DNA from: a virus
Taxonomy: Duplodnaviria; Caudoviricetes
Direction: 5' to 3' (one strand)
IMG/VR virus record: IMGVR_UViG_2788500234_000002
Location: 4,410-68,409 of that record
DNA length: 64,000 nucleotides
Shown here: positions 27,647-36,694 of the stretch, one piece after another
How the letters are laid out: every line of letters starts with the position of its first letter
Numbering within the stretch: position 1 is the first letter of the stretch
Notes under the pieces: model-generated
Told to the model about the DNA's origin: nothing
The model's database searches: none
Seen by the model: only the letters and a program-made list of their open reading frames with translations
Position numbers and translations under genes: made by a program

Positions 27647-27961
27647 ATGACAAACAAGGAGTATTTGACCAAAGCATTGAACGGACTTAACCTTTCGGAA
27701 GATGATATTGACATTATCGTTCTTAAAGGTGGTCTTGAAGCGGAATCCGATGTGGATGTAAAGGCGTGTGACACGGCGGTTTATAACCGTATGTCCGTAA
27801 TCCTTAAAGGAATGACCCAAAACGTATCGGAAGGCGGATATTCTATATCATGGAATATGGATGCCGTCAAACTCTTTTATGCCGCCTTGTGCAATGAGTT
27901 GGGCAAAGAAAATGTGCTTGTCGCACGCCCCAAGATTCGCAACCGTTCAAACATTTGGTAA
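27647..27961 (+). CDS. Head-tail connector protein (probable)
   Basis: 104 aa; SEGGYSISWN motif; position after capsid. Confidence 0.65.
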   Translation: MTNKEYLTKALNGLNLSEDDIDIIVLKGGLEAESDVDVKACDTAVYNRMSVILKGMTQNVSEGGYSISWNMDAVKLFYAALCNELGKENVLVARPKIRNRSNIW

Positions 27962-27962
27962 T

Positions 27963-28298
27963 ATGGCATTCGTGAAGCAATATCCGCATTTCCTATTTAT
28001 CGAAGAAGCCGGGGAATCCACACAGGATGCAAACGGCAATTGGACGGAATGTGAAGTGTCGCGCAAGTTCATTTCGATGTGCCGTGAAGAATCGGACGGC
28101 AAAGGCACGGAATTTCAGGTTGCCGGGGGTGAATACCAAAAGGCAACATCTGTTATTCAATGCCCCAAAACTTGCCCAATGGTTGCCAAAGGTGCGAAAG
28201 TGATAATTGCAAACGACAAGGGTTGTTCGGACATAAGGATTGCCGGAATATGCTTGAATTTCGACCCGTCACAACTTCATTCAAGGCTATGGCTATAA
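27963..28298 (+). CDS. Head closure protein (probable)
   Basis: 111 aa from MAFVKQY; position. Confidence 0.55.
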   Translation: MAFVKQYPHFLFIEEAGESTQDANGNWTECEVSRKFISMCREESDGKGTEFQVAGGEYQKATSVIQCPKTCPMVAKGAKVIIANDKGCSDIRIAGICLNFDPSQLHSRLWL

Positions 28299-28756
28299 AG
28301 GCAAACTTTACAAAAGAAGATGTCAAGAAAAGGTTTGATGCTTTCCTTGATATGGTCGAGCAAAAGCAAATCGCAAGACTGCAAAGACTTGGCGAAATGT
28401 GCTTGACGGAAGCAAGGAACAACAAAGGCTACATGATGCAAACGGGGGCATTGACTTCATCCACCGGGTATCAAGTTTTTGTTGATGGTGTCGCCATTCA
28501 TAGCCAATTTGATGCGGCGAGCGGTGCGGAAAGCGAAGCAGCGGCAAGGGGCATGAAGTCTGGTCAGACAATCGCCGAAAAGGTCGGAAAGGAAACAAAG
28601 GGTGTTGCCCTTGTTGTGGTCGCCGGAATGAATTATGCCGCTTACGTGGAAGCAAAGGGTTACAATGTCCTATCAAGTGCCGAACATCTTGCAGAGCGGG
28701 AATTGCCCCGAATGCTTGAAAAACTGATTACGAACATTAAACGTGCAGCCGAATAA
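28289..28756 (+). CDS. Neck/tail protein, HK97 gp10-like
   Basis: GEMCLTEAR..QTGALTSS..VAGMNYAAYVE; start at MAIKAN. Confidence 0.65.
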   Translation: MAIKANFTKEDVKKRFDAFLDMVEQKQIARLQRLGEMCLTEARNNKGYMMQTGALTSSTGYQVFVDGVAIHSQFDAASGAESEAAARGMKSGQTIAEKVGKETKGVALVVVAGMNYAAYVEAKGYNVLSSAEHLAERELPRMLEKLITNIKRAAE

Positions 28757-29160
28757 TGAAATCTACATTTGACACGGACGGAATCTTGTTTTCATTGCTC
28801 AATGGCAAAACATCCATTAAGGGTGGTTGCTATGTGCGTGATGAACGCCCGGAAAATTCAGTTGATGAAGATATTGTCGTGAACACCGTTGATTTGGGGC
28901 AAGACAGCTTGCCGCAAATTGGCACGTCAAACATCAACATCTATACGCCGGACACCCCCAAGAAGATAAAAGGGAAAATGCAGGTTTCAGAAAACGGCAC
29001 ACGTTTGAAAGCCTTGACGGATGAAGTCTTGGCGATTGTGAGAAGTGCGAACATCAAAGGGTTGAAGATGCGACCCGGCACAATGTCAATCATGTATGAG
29101 CCGAACACCAAACAACACTTTGCTAACATTCGCATTGATTGGAACATTCAAATTGATTAA
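28756..29160 (+). CDS. Tail terminator protein (probable)
   Basis: 134 aa; position before major tail gene. Confidence 0.55.
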   Translation: MKSTFDTDGILFSLLNGKTSIKGGCYVRDERPENSVDEDIVVNTVDLGQDSLPQIGTSNINIYTPDTPKKIKGKMQVSENGTRLKALTDEVLAIVRSANIKGLKMRPGTMSIMYEPNTKQHFANIRIDWNIQID

Positions 29161-29165
29161 AAGTT

Positions 29166-29684
29166 ATGGCAGAAAGAACATCTTTGATAACCCTTGGTCT
29201 TTGCCAAATCAAGGTTGGAACGGCAGCACCCAATGGAACAATGCCGTCCGAGTTAAACAAAATCGGCAAGACTTACAAGAACACTTGTAAGATTGCACAG
29301 GCAACGGCGGACGTGACGGAACATTTCGAGGAAGGCATGGCAGCCCCGGAAGTACGCAAGAAGTCACGCAAAATCCCGACCCTGACATTCTCAATCATGG
29401 ATGCCAACGTGCAAGATTTGATTGATTATGTCGGTGGTGCGAATGTGGGCGATTCGTCCAATCCCAAGTGGGGTTATGATGGCAATGAAGTTGTCGCAAA
29501 CAAGGCAATTTTCGTTGAATCTGAACAGGGGTTGGACTTTGAGATTCCCAACGGTGACATTGAAGCGGTCATAAATGCGGATATGTCGGCGGCAGGAATT
29601 TTCCTTGTGGACTTCACCGTTACCCCGATGGCGGTTACAGCCGGAAAAGCCATTCGCGGCGTGCCGAAGAAAGCCACGGAGTAA
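29166..29684 (+). CDS. Major tail (tube) protein
   Basis: 172 aa beta-rich; followed by hairpin and chaperone gene. Confidence 0.7.
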   Translation: MAERTSLITLGLCQIKVGTAAPNGTMPSELNKIGKTYKNTCKIAQATADVTEHFEEGMAAPEVRKKSRKIPTLTFSIMDANVQDLIDYVGGANVGDSSNPKWGYDGNEVVANKAIFVESEQGLDFEIPNGDIEAVINADMSAAGIFLVDFTVTPMAVTAGKAIRGVPKKATE

Positions 29685-29718
29685 TTCGGGGTGCATTGAT
29701 TGTTTAATACAAAAACCC

Positions 29719-29753
29719 GAAGCCCCCGGAGTGTGACAACTTACGGGGGCTTC
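29719..29753 (+). terminator. Hairpin after major tail gene
   Basis: GAAGCCCCCG / CGGGGGCTTC inverted repeat then TTACTTT. Confidence 0.55.
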
Positions 29754-29768
29754 TTACTTTCAGAGATT

Positions 29769-30344
29769 ATGAATGACGAAAAGAAACAACTTGAACAAGA
29801 ACGCAACGAGTTGAACACCCTTATCAACAAGGGCGTGACATTCGAGGTGAAAGATACCGAATTTGAGGTGGAGAAAAGGTTTTTCGGTCTGATAAAGCGA
29901 TACAAGCCCAAAGAAGTAACACGCACTTTCAGAATTGAGGAAATGACCCTTGCCACCCTTGACCGCATAACATCCGAATTGGTGGAAATAGCCATTGATG
30001 AAAATGAAATGAAGTCGGCGGACACGGACAGCATGAAGATGGCAAGGACACTTGCCCACAAGCATTCTTTGCGGTGCGCAAGAATAATTGCCATTGCGGT
30101 GCTTGGCGAAGATAGGTTGGTTGCAAAACCCGGCAAGGGTGGTATAAGATGGATTGAGGACACGAAGAAACTTGATGAATTGACTTCTTTGTTCGCCCGT
30201 AAAATCAAACCGTCAATCCTATACAAGTTATATGTACTTGTCAATACGATGGGCAATCTTGGGGATTTTATGAACTCTATTCGATTGATTTCAACAGAAA
30301 GAACCACGATGCCGATTCGGATAGAGGAAAACAACGAGGGTTAA
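29769..30344 (+). CDS. Tail assembly chaperone
   Basis: 191 aa from MNDEKK; between tail tube and tape measure genes. Confidence 0.7.
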   Translation: MNDEKKQLEQERNELNTLINKGVTFEVKDTEFEVEKRFFGLIKRYKPKEVTRTFRIEEMTLATLDRITSELVEIAIDENEMKSADTDSMKMARTLAHKHSLRCARIIAIAVLGEDRLVAKPGKGGIRWIEDTKKLDELTSLFARKIKPSILYKLYVLVNTMGNLGDFMNSIRLISTERTTMPIRIEENNEG

Positions 30345-30550
30345 ACAGTCCACACGGTCGCCGGGGTGCAATATGTGAGCATTTCGGATGGACTTACGAC
30401 TACTTGTTACACGGCATTCCGTGGTCGGTTGTTCAAAGGATGATGATTGATGCACCGGGCTATGATTTGGATGATGGCAAGGAAACGGAAATTCAATTGT
30501 CAGAGGACAACAGCGAACAAATTATGAACTACATTAACAGCATGATGTAA
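30338..30550 (+). CDS. -1 frame extension of tail chaperone (probable programmed frameshift product)
   Basis: 70 open codons GLNSPHGRRGAICEHFGWTYDYLLHGIPWS..SMM filling the gap to the TMP start, entering at GAG GGT TAA. Confidence 0.6.
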   Translation, partial: GLNSPHGRRGAICEHFGWTYDYLLHGIPWSVVQRMMIDAPGYDLDDGKETEIQLSEDNSEQIMNYINSMM

Positions 30551-30551
30551 T

Positions 30552-33500
30552 ATGGCAGAAATAGACGGTGGGTCATTATCTTTCAAATCCATTTTAGACA
30601 ATGGTCAGCTTAATGCGGCTATTGACGAAACATTGCGGCGTGTGCAAGGCTTTTCGGATGCCGTTGCCGGAAGTGGCGATGTGATGGATAAGACCACACA
30701 AGAAATGGTCGAGTGTATCGAGATTCAACGCAAGGTGATTCAGGATTTGGAAAATTCATACAATGACCTGACCGCCAAAATAAACGCAATTGAACCGGGC
30801 GATGCACAAAATCAACTTATCGAACAAGCCAATTCGGTAAAACAGGAATTGGATGCCGAAAAGCAAGGTCTTGTCGATTTGATGAACGAATTGAACAATT
30901 TGCAAAGGACAACGAGCGGTGCGGCTTCAAGCCTTGACCAAATACGTGTGACACTTGGGCAAATTGGTGCGGCGTGTGAGGAACACGAACAAGCGATTGC
31001 AAAGTTGAGTGCCGAATATGACCGTGTTAGTCATGCGGCAAGCGATGCTTTCATGTCCGGGCGTGATGATGATTACCGTGCCTTACAAGACCGTGCGGAT
31101 GCAATCAAAGGTGAAGTGACGGTTCGCAAGCAGCTTTTGAATGAGTTGCGCAACCAATCAAACGCATTGGAAGATGAAGCGCAAAAGATTGAAAAGGCGG
31201 CACAGGAAGCCGAAAATGCGGCACAATCCCACGTGTCTTTCCGTACCCGCTTGCGTGAAGTGCGTGAAGAATTGATGCAATTGGAACTTGCGGGCGACAC
31301 AAGTTCCGAAAGATACAAGCAACTTCAAGCACAAATGGGCGAATTGTCGGAAGCGATGGATGCCGTCACCACCCAACAAAATATGTTGAAGCGAGGTGAA
31401 AGGATGTGGGATGGCTTGTTGTCGGGGCTTTCGGGCGTTTCAGGCGCATTTTCGGCGGCACAAGGTGCGGTTGCCTTGTTTAGCGGTGAAAACGAGAATC
31501 TGCAAAAGATAATGCTTAAAGTGCAGTCCTTAATGGCGGTCACAATCGGACTTAAAGAAGTGCAACTTGCCCTTGATAAAGATGAAGCGTTCCAACTTGT
31601 AACCATCAACGGATTGAAAGAATGGTGGAACAAATTATTGGCGGTCGGCAGGGGTGAACAAGTTGCATCAACAGCGGCGACCGTTGCAGATACCACCGCA
31701 ACCATTGCGGACACGGCGGCAACAGCCGCCAATACAGCCGCACAAAAAGCAAATACGGCGGCACAAACCGGGAACACGGTTGCCCAAGGAGCAAACACGG
31801 TCGCAACCGGGGCGCAAACCACAGCGGCGGTCGCTGGTACGGCTGCAAATATAGGTCTTGCCGGGGCTTTCCGTATGGTCGGGGCGGCTATTAAGTCAAT
31901 CCCGGTGTTTGGATGGATTGCAGCCGCATTGTCGGCATTGATAGCCGTTATTTCCCATTTTGTCGGCAAGGCAAGAGAGGGAAAGAAAGCGGCTGAAGAA
32001 TTTTACAAATCAATCGCGGAAAATGCCTACAAGCCCATTGCATCGGTTGAAGAATTGTCCTTGAAGTGGAATGCCCTTGGTGACGACTTGGATGCCAAAA
32101 CAAAGTTCATTGAACAGAACAAGGCGGCATTCGATGCCTTGGGCGTGTCCATTGTCGGCGTTACTGATGCGGAAAATCTACTTGTTGCAAACAAGCAGAA
32201 CTTCATCAATGCCCAGATAGAAAAGGCGAAAGCGATGATTCTTGTCCAGCAGGCACAGGAGAAAGTGAAAACCTTGATGCAGGAGGAACAGGAATACAAT
32301 GCGATGCCGGACAAGAAGATGCAATATGTCCAGACAAGTTCTTTCGGCACCGGCTATTATGTCGAGGTGGACAACAAGGCAAAGGAGGAAAAGAAGAAAG
32401 AACTTGACGAATTGAGGGCAGAAATAACGCAGGGATTTACCGATGCTGCAACCGCCGAATCAAACGGATGGAACTTGCTCAACCAAGCCGGTATTGATGC
32501 CGCTAACACTTACGAAGATGGAACATTGGGCGCGATTGAACAGGCTATCCAGAGCAAACAGGCGGCATTAAAGAACCTTTCCAACAATGCGGATTATGAA
32601 ACCGCATTGAAAGAGATAGAGAGGTTGCAGAAGCAAGCCGATGCGATAACCGGTAACAAGTCGGCGACCGGGAATGATTCCGCAAAGGGCAAAGACCCTT
32701 TTATCGAGAAGTTGGACAGGTATAAAGCCGAATATCAGCGATTCCAGAAATGGGTCAATTCGGGCGATGAAGTCCTTGTCCGTTCAGCCAATCAGGAGTT
32801 CGCCGGATTACTTGCGGAGGGTGCGACATACATTGACTACCTGAAGAATCAGAGAGACCAAATTTTGGCGGTTGATGTGGCAAGCCGGACAAAGGAGCAA
32901 AACCAACAGTTGCGGCAACTCAATGATTCCATCGCGGAGGAAACAAGGGCAACGGTGTTGGAAGCATTCAACAATGAGTTGAACGCACAGTTGTCCAATG
33001 CACGAACCGTCCTTGATATGCTCAATGTCATAGAGCAGAAACGCAAGGAGCTGTCCGGGGACGGGACGGAACTTGACAATGCCAAAGCAGAATCACTTGA
33101 TGAAGCCGAAAGCAGTGTTCAGGAACAGGCAAGGCAGGAGACGGAAGCATTGCTTGCCGAATATGCTTCCTATGTCGAGCAGAAACGCCGCCTTGAACAA
33201 CAGTTCAACGATGATGTCGCCCTGATGATGCGAGAAAGGGAGAATGCGACAACGGATGAGCAGCGAACCGAAATAGACAACGCCATCCAGAACAGGACAG
33301 ACCAATATAACAGGGATGTCCGGAATATCGGCGGCATTGATTACGATGCCATGCTTGCCGAGTATGGCACATTCGAGGAAAGGAAGCAAGCAATCATTGA
33401 CGAGTATGACGCAAAGAGAAAGGCGGCACAGGCAATGGGCAATGAAGAAATGGTCAGGGCTTTGGATGAAGCACAGGCAAGGGCGATTTCTTCCTTGGCT

Positions 33501-34934
33501 TCCAATGAATTGACAAATTCCGACATCTGGGGCAAATTGTTCGGGAATCTTGACGAAATGACCGCAAGCCAGATTGAAACATTGGTCAATCAGATTGAGG
33601 AAAAATTTGACGACCTTTCCGTTTCGTTTGACCCGGCGGACTTGGCGGAAATCCGCAACCAACTTAACAGTGCAAAAGACATCCTAATTCAGGATAATCC
33701 GTTCAAACAGATGGGACAGGCGATTAAAGCCGTGTTCAAGAGCGCAAGCAGCGATTCGGAGGATTCCGCCGATGACATCAAGACCAATTGGACGAAACTT
33801 GCGAAATCAACGGAAGAAAGTTTTGCATTCGTAACCGATGCCATCAACCAATGCGAGCCGTTGAAAGAAGTTATCGGCGATGTCGGCTCAACCGCATTGT
33901 CATCGCTTACTTCCGTGACAATGGCGGCTATCGGCGTTGCAACGGCGGTAAAGACGGCGGAAAAGTCAAGTGTGATACTTGCCATTATACAAGCCGCATT
34001 GGTAGCCGTTCAAGCAATATATTCCCTTTTCATGCTCAAAGACAAGCAGATTGAAAAGCAGATTGAAAAGCATCAAGGCGCGGTCGATGACTTGGCGAAT
34101 GTCTACACGCAATTGTCTTGGGAAATTGACAGGGCATTGGGCAATGATTACTACCGGTTGCAGCAAAAGTCCATTGAAAACCTTGAACAACAGAAAAGGG
34201 AGATTCAGGAAATGCAGCGGTTGGAGCAGGAAAAGAAGAAAGCCGATGATTCCAAAGTCAAGGACTATATCGAGCAACAAAAGGACATAGACAGACAAAT
34301 ACAAGATGCCTATGATGAGATTGCAGAAGATATATTGCAGACGACCGGAAAGGATTTCGCCGATGAACTTGGTGATGCCCTTGTTGATGCCTTTTCAAAG
34401 GGAGAAGATGCGGCGGAAGCCTTTGAAGAAACGGTCAATGATGTTTTGAAAAATGCCATTGTAAACCAATTGAAAAAGAAGTTTCTTGAAAACCAATTGC
34501 AAAGCGCATTGGATAGCCTTTACACCGATATGGGGTATTGGTCGGGTGACAACTTCATTTTTGATGGTCTGACGGATGCCGAGATTGCAGATTTCAAAGC
34601 CAAAGTTCAAGCGGCGGCGAACAACTACAATCAAGCATTGGATGTTTACAAGGATTTGTTCAAAGACTTGGAGATTGACGATGATTCGGAAGATTCATTG
34701 ACAGGTGCGGTAAAAGGCGTAACAGAAGAAACCGCCGACATTATCGCCGGGCAAATGAACGCAATCCGAATAAACCAAATGGAAGCAACACAAGTCTTGC
34801 GGCAATCGCTGCAAGCCTTGAACACCATTGCGAACAATACGGCTTACAATCGGTTGCTTCAAGATATTCTTTCGGCGGTCAGAGAATTGCAACGCCCAAG
34901 TGGTGATTCTTTGAGGTCGCAAGGTTTGTCATAA
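30552..34934 (+). CDS. Tape measure protein (1460 aa)
   Basis: Very long Ala/Glu/Gln-rich helical ORF with hydrophobic segments after chaperone genes. Confidence 0.92.
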   Translation: MAEIDGGSLSFKSILDNGQLNAAIDETLRRVQGFSDAVAGSGDVMDKTTQEMVECIEIQRKVIQDLENSYNDLTAKINAIEPGDAQNQLIEQANSVKQELDAEKQGLVDLMNELNNLQRTTSGAASSLDQIRVTLGQIGAACEEHEQAIAKLSAEYDRVSHAASDAFMSGRDDDYRALQDRADAIKGEVTVRKQLLNELRNQSNALEDEAQKIEKAAQEAENAAQSHVSFRTRLREVREELMQLELAGDTSSERYKQLQAQMGELSEAMDAVTTQQNMLKRGERMWDGLLSGLSGVSGAFSAAQGAVALFSGENENLQKIMLKVQSLMAVTIGLKEVQLALDKDEAFQLVTINGLKEWWNKLLAVGRGEQVASTAATVADTTATIADTAATAANTAAQKANTAAQTGNTVAQGANTVATGAQTTAAVAGTAANIGLAGAFRMVGAAIKSIPVFGWIAAALSALIAVISHFVGKAREGKKAAEEFYKSIAENAYKPIASVEELSLKWNALGDDLDAKTKFIEQNKAAFDALGVSIVGVTDAENLLVANKQNFINAQIEKAKAMILVQQAQEKVKTLMQEEQEYNAMPDKKMQYVQTSSFGTGYYVEVDNKAKEEKKKELDELRAEITQGFTDAATAESNGWNLLNQAGIDAANTYEDGTLGAIEQAIQSKQAALKNLSNNADYETALKEIERLQKQADAITGNKSATGNDSAKGKDPFIEKLDRYKAEYQRFQKWVNSGDEVLVRSANQEFAGLLAEGATYIDYLKNQRDQILAVDVASRTKEQNQQLRQLNDSIAEETRATVLEAFNNELNAQLSNARTVLDMLNVIEQKRKELSGDGTELDNAKAESLDEAESSVQEQARQETEALLAEYASYVEQKRRLEQQFNDDVALMMRERENATTDEQRTEIDNAIQNRTDQYNRDVRNIGGIDYDAMLAEYGTFEERKQAIIDEYDAKRKAAQAMGNEEMVRALDEAQARAISSLASNELTNSDIWGKLFGNLDEMTASQIETLVNQIEEKFDDLSVSFDPADLAEIRNQLNSAKDILIQDNPFKQMGQAIKAVFKSASSDSEDSADDIKTNWTKLAKSTEESFAFVTDAINQCEPLKEVIGDVGSTALSSLTSVTMAAIGVATAVKTAEKSSVILAIIQAALVAVQAIYSLFMLKDKQIEKQIEKHQGAVDDLANVYTQLSWEIDRALGNDYYRLQQKSIENLEQQKREIQEMQRLEQEKKKADDSKVKDYIEQQKDIDRQIQDAYDEIAEDILQTTGKDFADELGDALVDAFSKGEDAAEAFEETVNDVLKNAIVNQLKKKFLENQLQSALDSLYTDMGYWSGDNFIFDGLTDAEIADFKAKVQAAANNYNQALDVYKDLFKDLEIDDDSEDSLTGAVKGVTEETADIIAGQMNAIRINQMEATQVLRQSLQALNTIANNTAYNRLLQDILSAVRELQRPSGDSLRSQGLS

Positions 34935-34941
34935 TCGAATA

Positions 34942-34958
34942 TGTTTCACTATAAAACA
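34942..34958. promoter_or_regulatory. 17-bp operator-like palindrome copy 8 (TGTTTCACTATAAAACA)
   Basis: Between TMP and next gene; identical to copy 4. Confidence 0.65.
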
Positions 34959-34965
34959 AAACGAT

Positions 34966-35487
34966 ATGGATTTAGCGAAAGAACTTGCAAGGCAAGCAAA
35001 GAAAAAAGGCATTTGCAAACCGTGGTACAATGAATTGAAGTCATTGAACGGTGACAATATAAATGCGATGGCGCAAATGTATTTGAAAGGCATTGATTTT
35101 TGCCTTGCCAATGATTACCCCGACAACGGCTTCATTAGAACGCATTTCAAGGGCAAAATGGAACAATACGGGGTTTTCCTTGACGATGATATAAAAATCG
35201 AAAATAAGCCCAAATGCGTGTGTCTTGGGGCGACTTGTGGGCGTATCGAAATAACCGGGTTCAACGTGTGCGAGATATACGCCAAGCACAATGCCAAATT
35301 GAATGTCATTGCAAAAGACAATGCCTTTGTGGTCATTGATGTATTTGATGATGCCGTTGTCAATGTTTGCGCAAGCGACCGGGCGAAAGTGTGCGTAAAT
35401 CATTATGTCGGCAATGGTCAGGTAATCAAATATGCAATGGATGATGCAACTATAAAAGTCATAGAGAAACAGAAAAAAACTTATTGA
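34966..35487 (+). CDS. Conserved post-TMP protein of unknown function
   Basis: 173 aa; homologous to 59096-59605 (YLKGIDFCLANDYP vs YIRGIDFCIKNDYP). Confidence 0.8.
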   Translation: MDLAKELARQAKKKGICKPWYNELKSLNGDNINAMAQMYLKGIDFCLANDYPDNGFIRTHFKGKMEQYGVFLDDDIKIENKPKCVCLGATCGRIEITGFNVCEIYAKHNAKLNVIAKDNAFVVIDVFDDAVVNVCASDRAKVCVNHYVGNGQVIKYAMDDATIKVIEKQKKTY

Positions 35488-35488
35488 T

Positions 35489-36694
35489 ATGGATGCGAAC
35501 AACATAATTCTTCAAATGCCATTTGATGAAAGTGACGGTTCTTTGGTGGCGTATGATTATAGCCAAAACCGTGCGGATGGGGCGGTCAATGGGGCGCATT
35601 TCGTCACAGGTAAAAACGGCAATGCAATTTCTTTTGCCGGGTCAGACACTTGCGAGGTGTCAAAAGCGGTGTTCCCTAACATGACAATCGACTTTACGAT
35701 GATGATGTGGGTTCAAAACCGTGAAGCCGAATTGGGTTCACCTCAAAAGTTGATATGGGTACTTAACTTTTCCGGGCTGAAAAACTATGTTGAAGTACCC
35801 ATTGAAGCCAAACCCGGTTCGTGGTTTTCGCTTGCTTTGACAAAAAAGTCGGGCGTGTTCAATTTTTACGTCAATTCCTCACTTGTCAAGACCGTGAACA
35901 ATTCCGGCACATTGCTTGGCGTGTCCTTGAATCAAGACTATTACGGCGGTTCATGGGGCTTTGGTTTGTTGGATGATGTGAAGTTTTACAACCTTGCCTT
36001 GACACAAGCCGAACTTATCAATGAAATGTCAAGCAGTAAGCAACAAGGGTATTTGCTTGACGGCGTAAATTTCAAAGAATATGGCGTATATGTGTCCGGG
36101 TCGGACGGCGTGTTGAACCGCCCGAAATTAAAGACCCCGGCTTCTTTGTCTTGGGATAATTATCACGGTGAAAGTGTTGATTTGATGCACAAGTTCTATG
36201 AACCACGTGATATAACATTGTCATGCTTTGTCAAGGCAGATTCAAAGATGGATTTTATCCGAAAGGTATCTTCTTTCCAACAACAGCTTGACAAGACAGG
36301 AACAAACCGCCTTACAATTGACATTCACCCGGTAAAGCCATTGATTTATGAAGTGTATTGCAAAGACGCAATCGAAATCACAAAAGAATGGAATGATGAA
36401 TTGATGGTTGGCACGTTCAAATTGAAGTTGGTTGAGCCTGAACCCGTGAAGCGTGTATTGAAGCATATCCGGGTGGGTGAATCAACAAAGACTTGCACCG
36501 TCAAATTGACCTCAAACAAATATGTGAACATCTATTGGGGTGATGGAAGTGTCGATTATGACATTTGCGGCGATGAAGTGGAAATAACCCATGACTATGC
36601 CGTGAATGGTGACTATTTCCCGGTAATAACCGGCTGCATTGATGAAATATCATTGTTTGAAACAAATGCCATTGTCGTATGGGAAAAAATTTAA
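35489..36694 (+). CDS. LamG-like domain plus distal-tail-like protein
   Basis: N-terminal FDESDG..GKNGNAISF..LDDVKFYNLAL LamG pattern; C-terminal tail-tip-like domain. Confidence 0.65.
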   Translation: MDANNIILQMPFDESDGSLVAYDYSQNRADGAVNGAHFVTGKNGNAISFAGSDTCEVSKAVFPNMTIDFTMMMWVQNREAELGSPQKLIWVLNFSGLKNYVEVPIEAKPGSWFSLALTKKSGVFNFYVNSSLVKTVNNSGTLLGVSLNQDYYGGSWGFGLLDDVKFYNLALTQAELINEMSSSKQQGYLLDGVNFKEYGVYVSGSDGVLNRPKLKTPASLSWDNYHGESVDLMHKFYEPRDITLSCFVKADSKMDFIRKVSSFQQQLDKTGTNRLTIDIHPVKPLIYEVYCKDAIEITKEWNDELMVGTFKLKLVEPEPVKRVLKHIRVGESTKTCTVKLTSNKYVNIYWGDGSVDYDICGDEVEITHDYAVNGDYFPVITGCIDEISLFETNAIVVWEKI

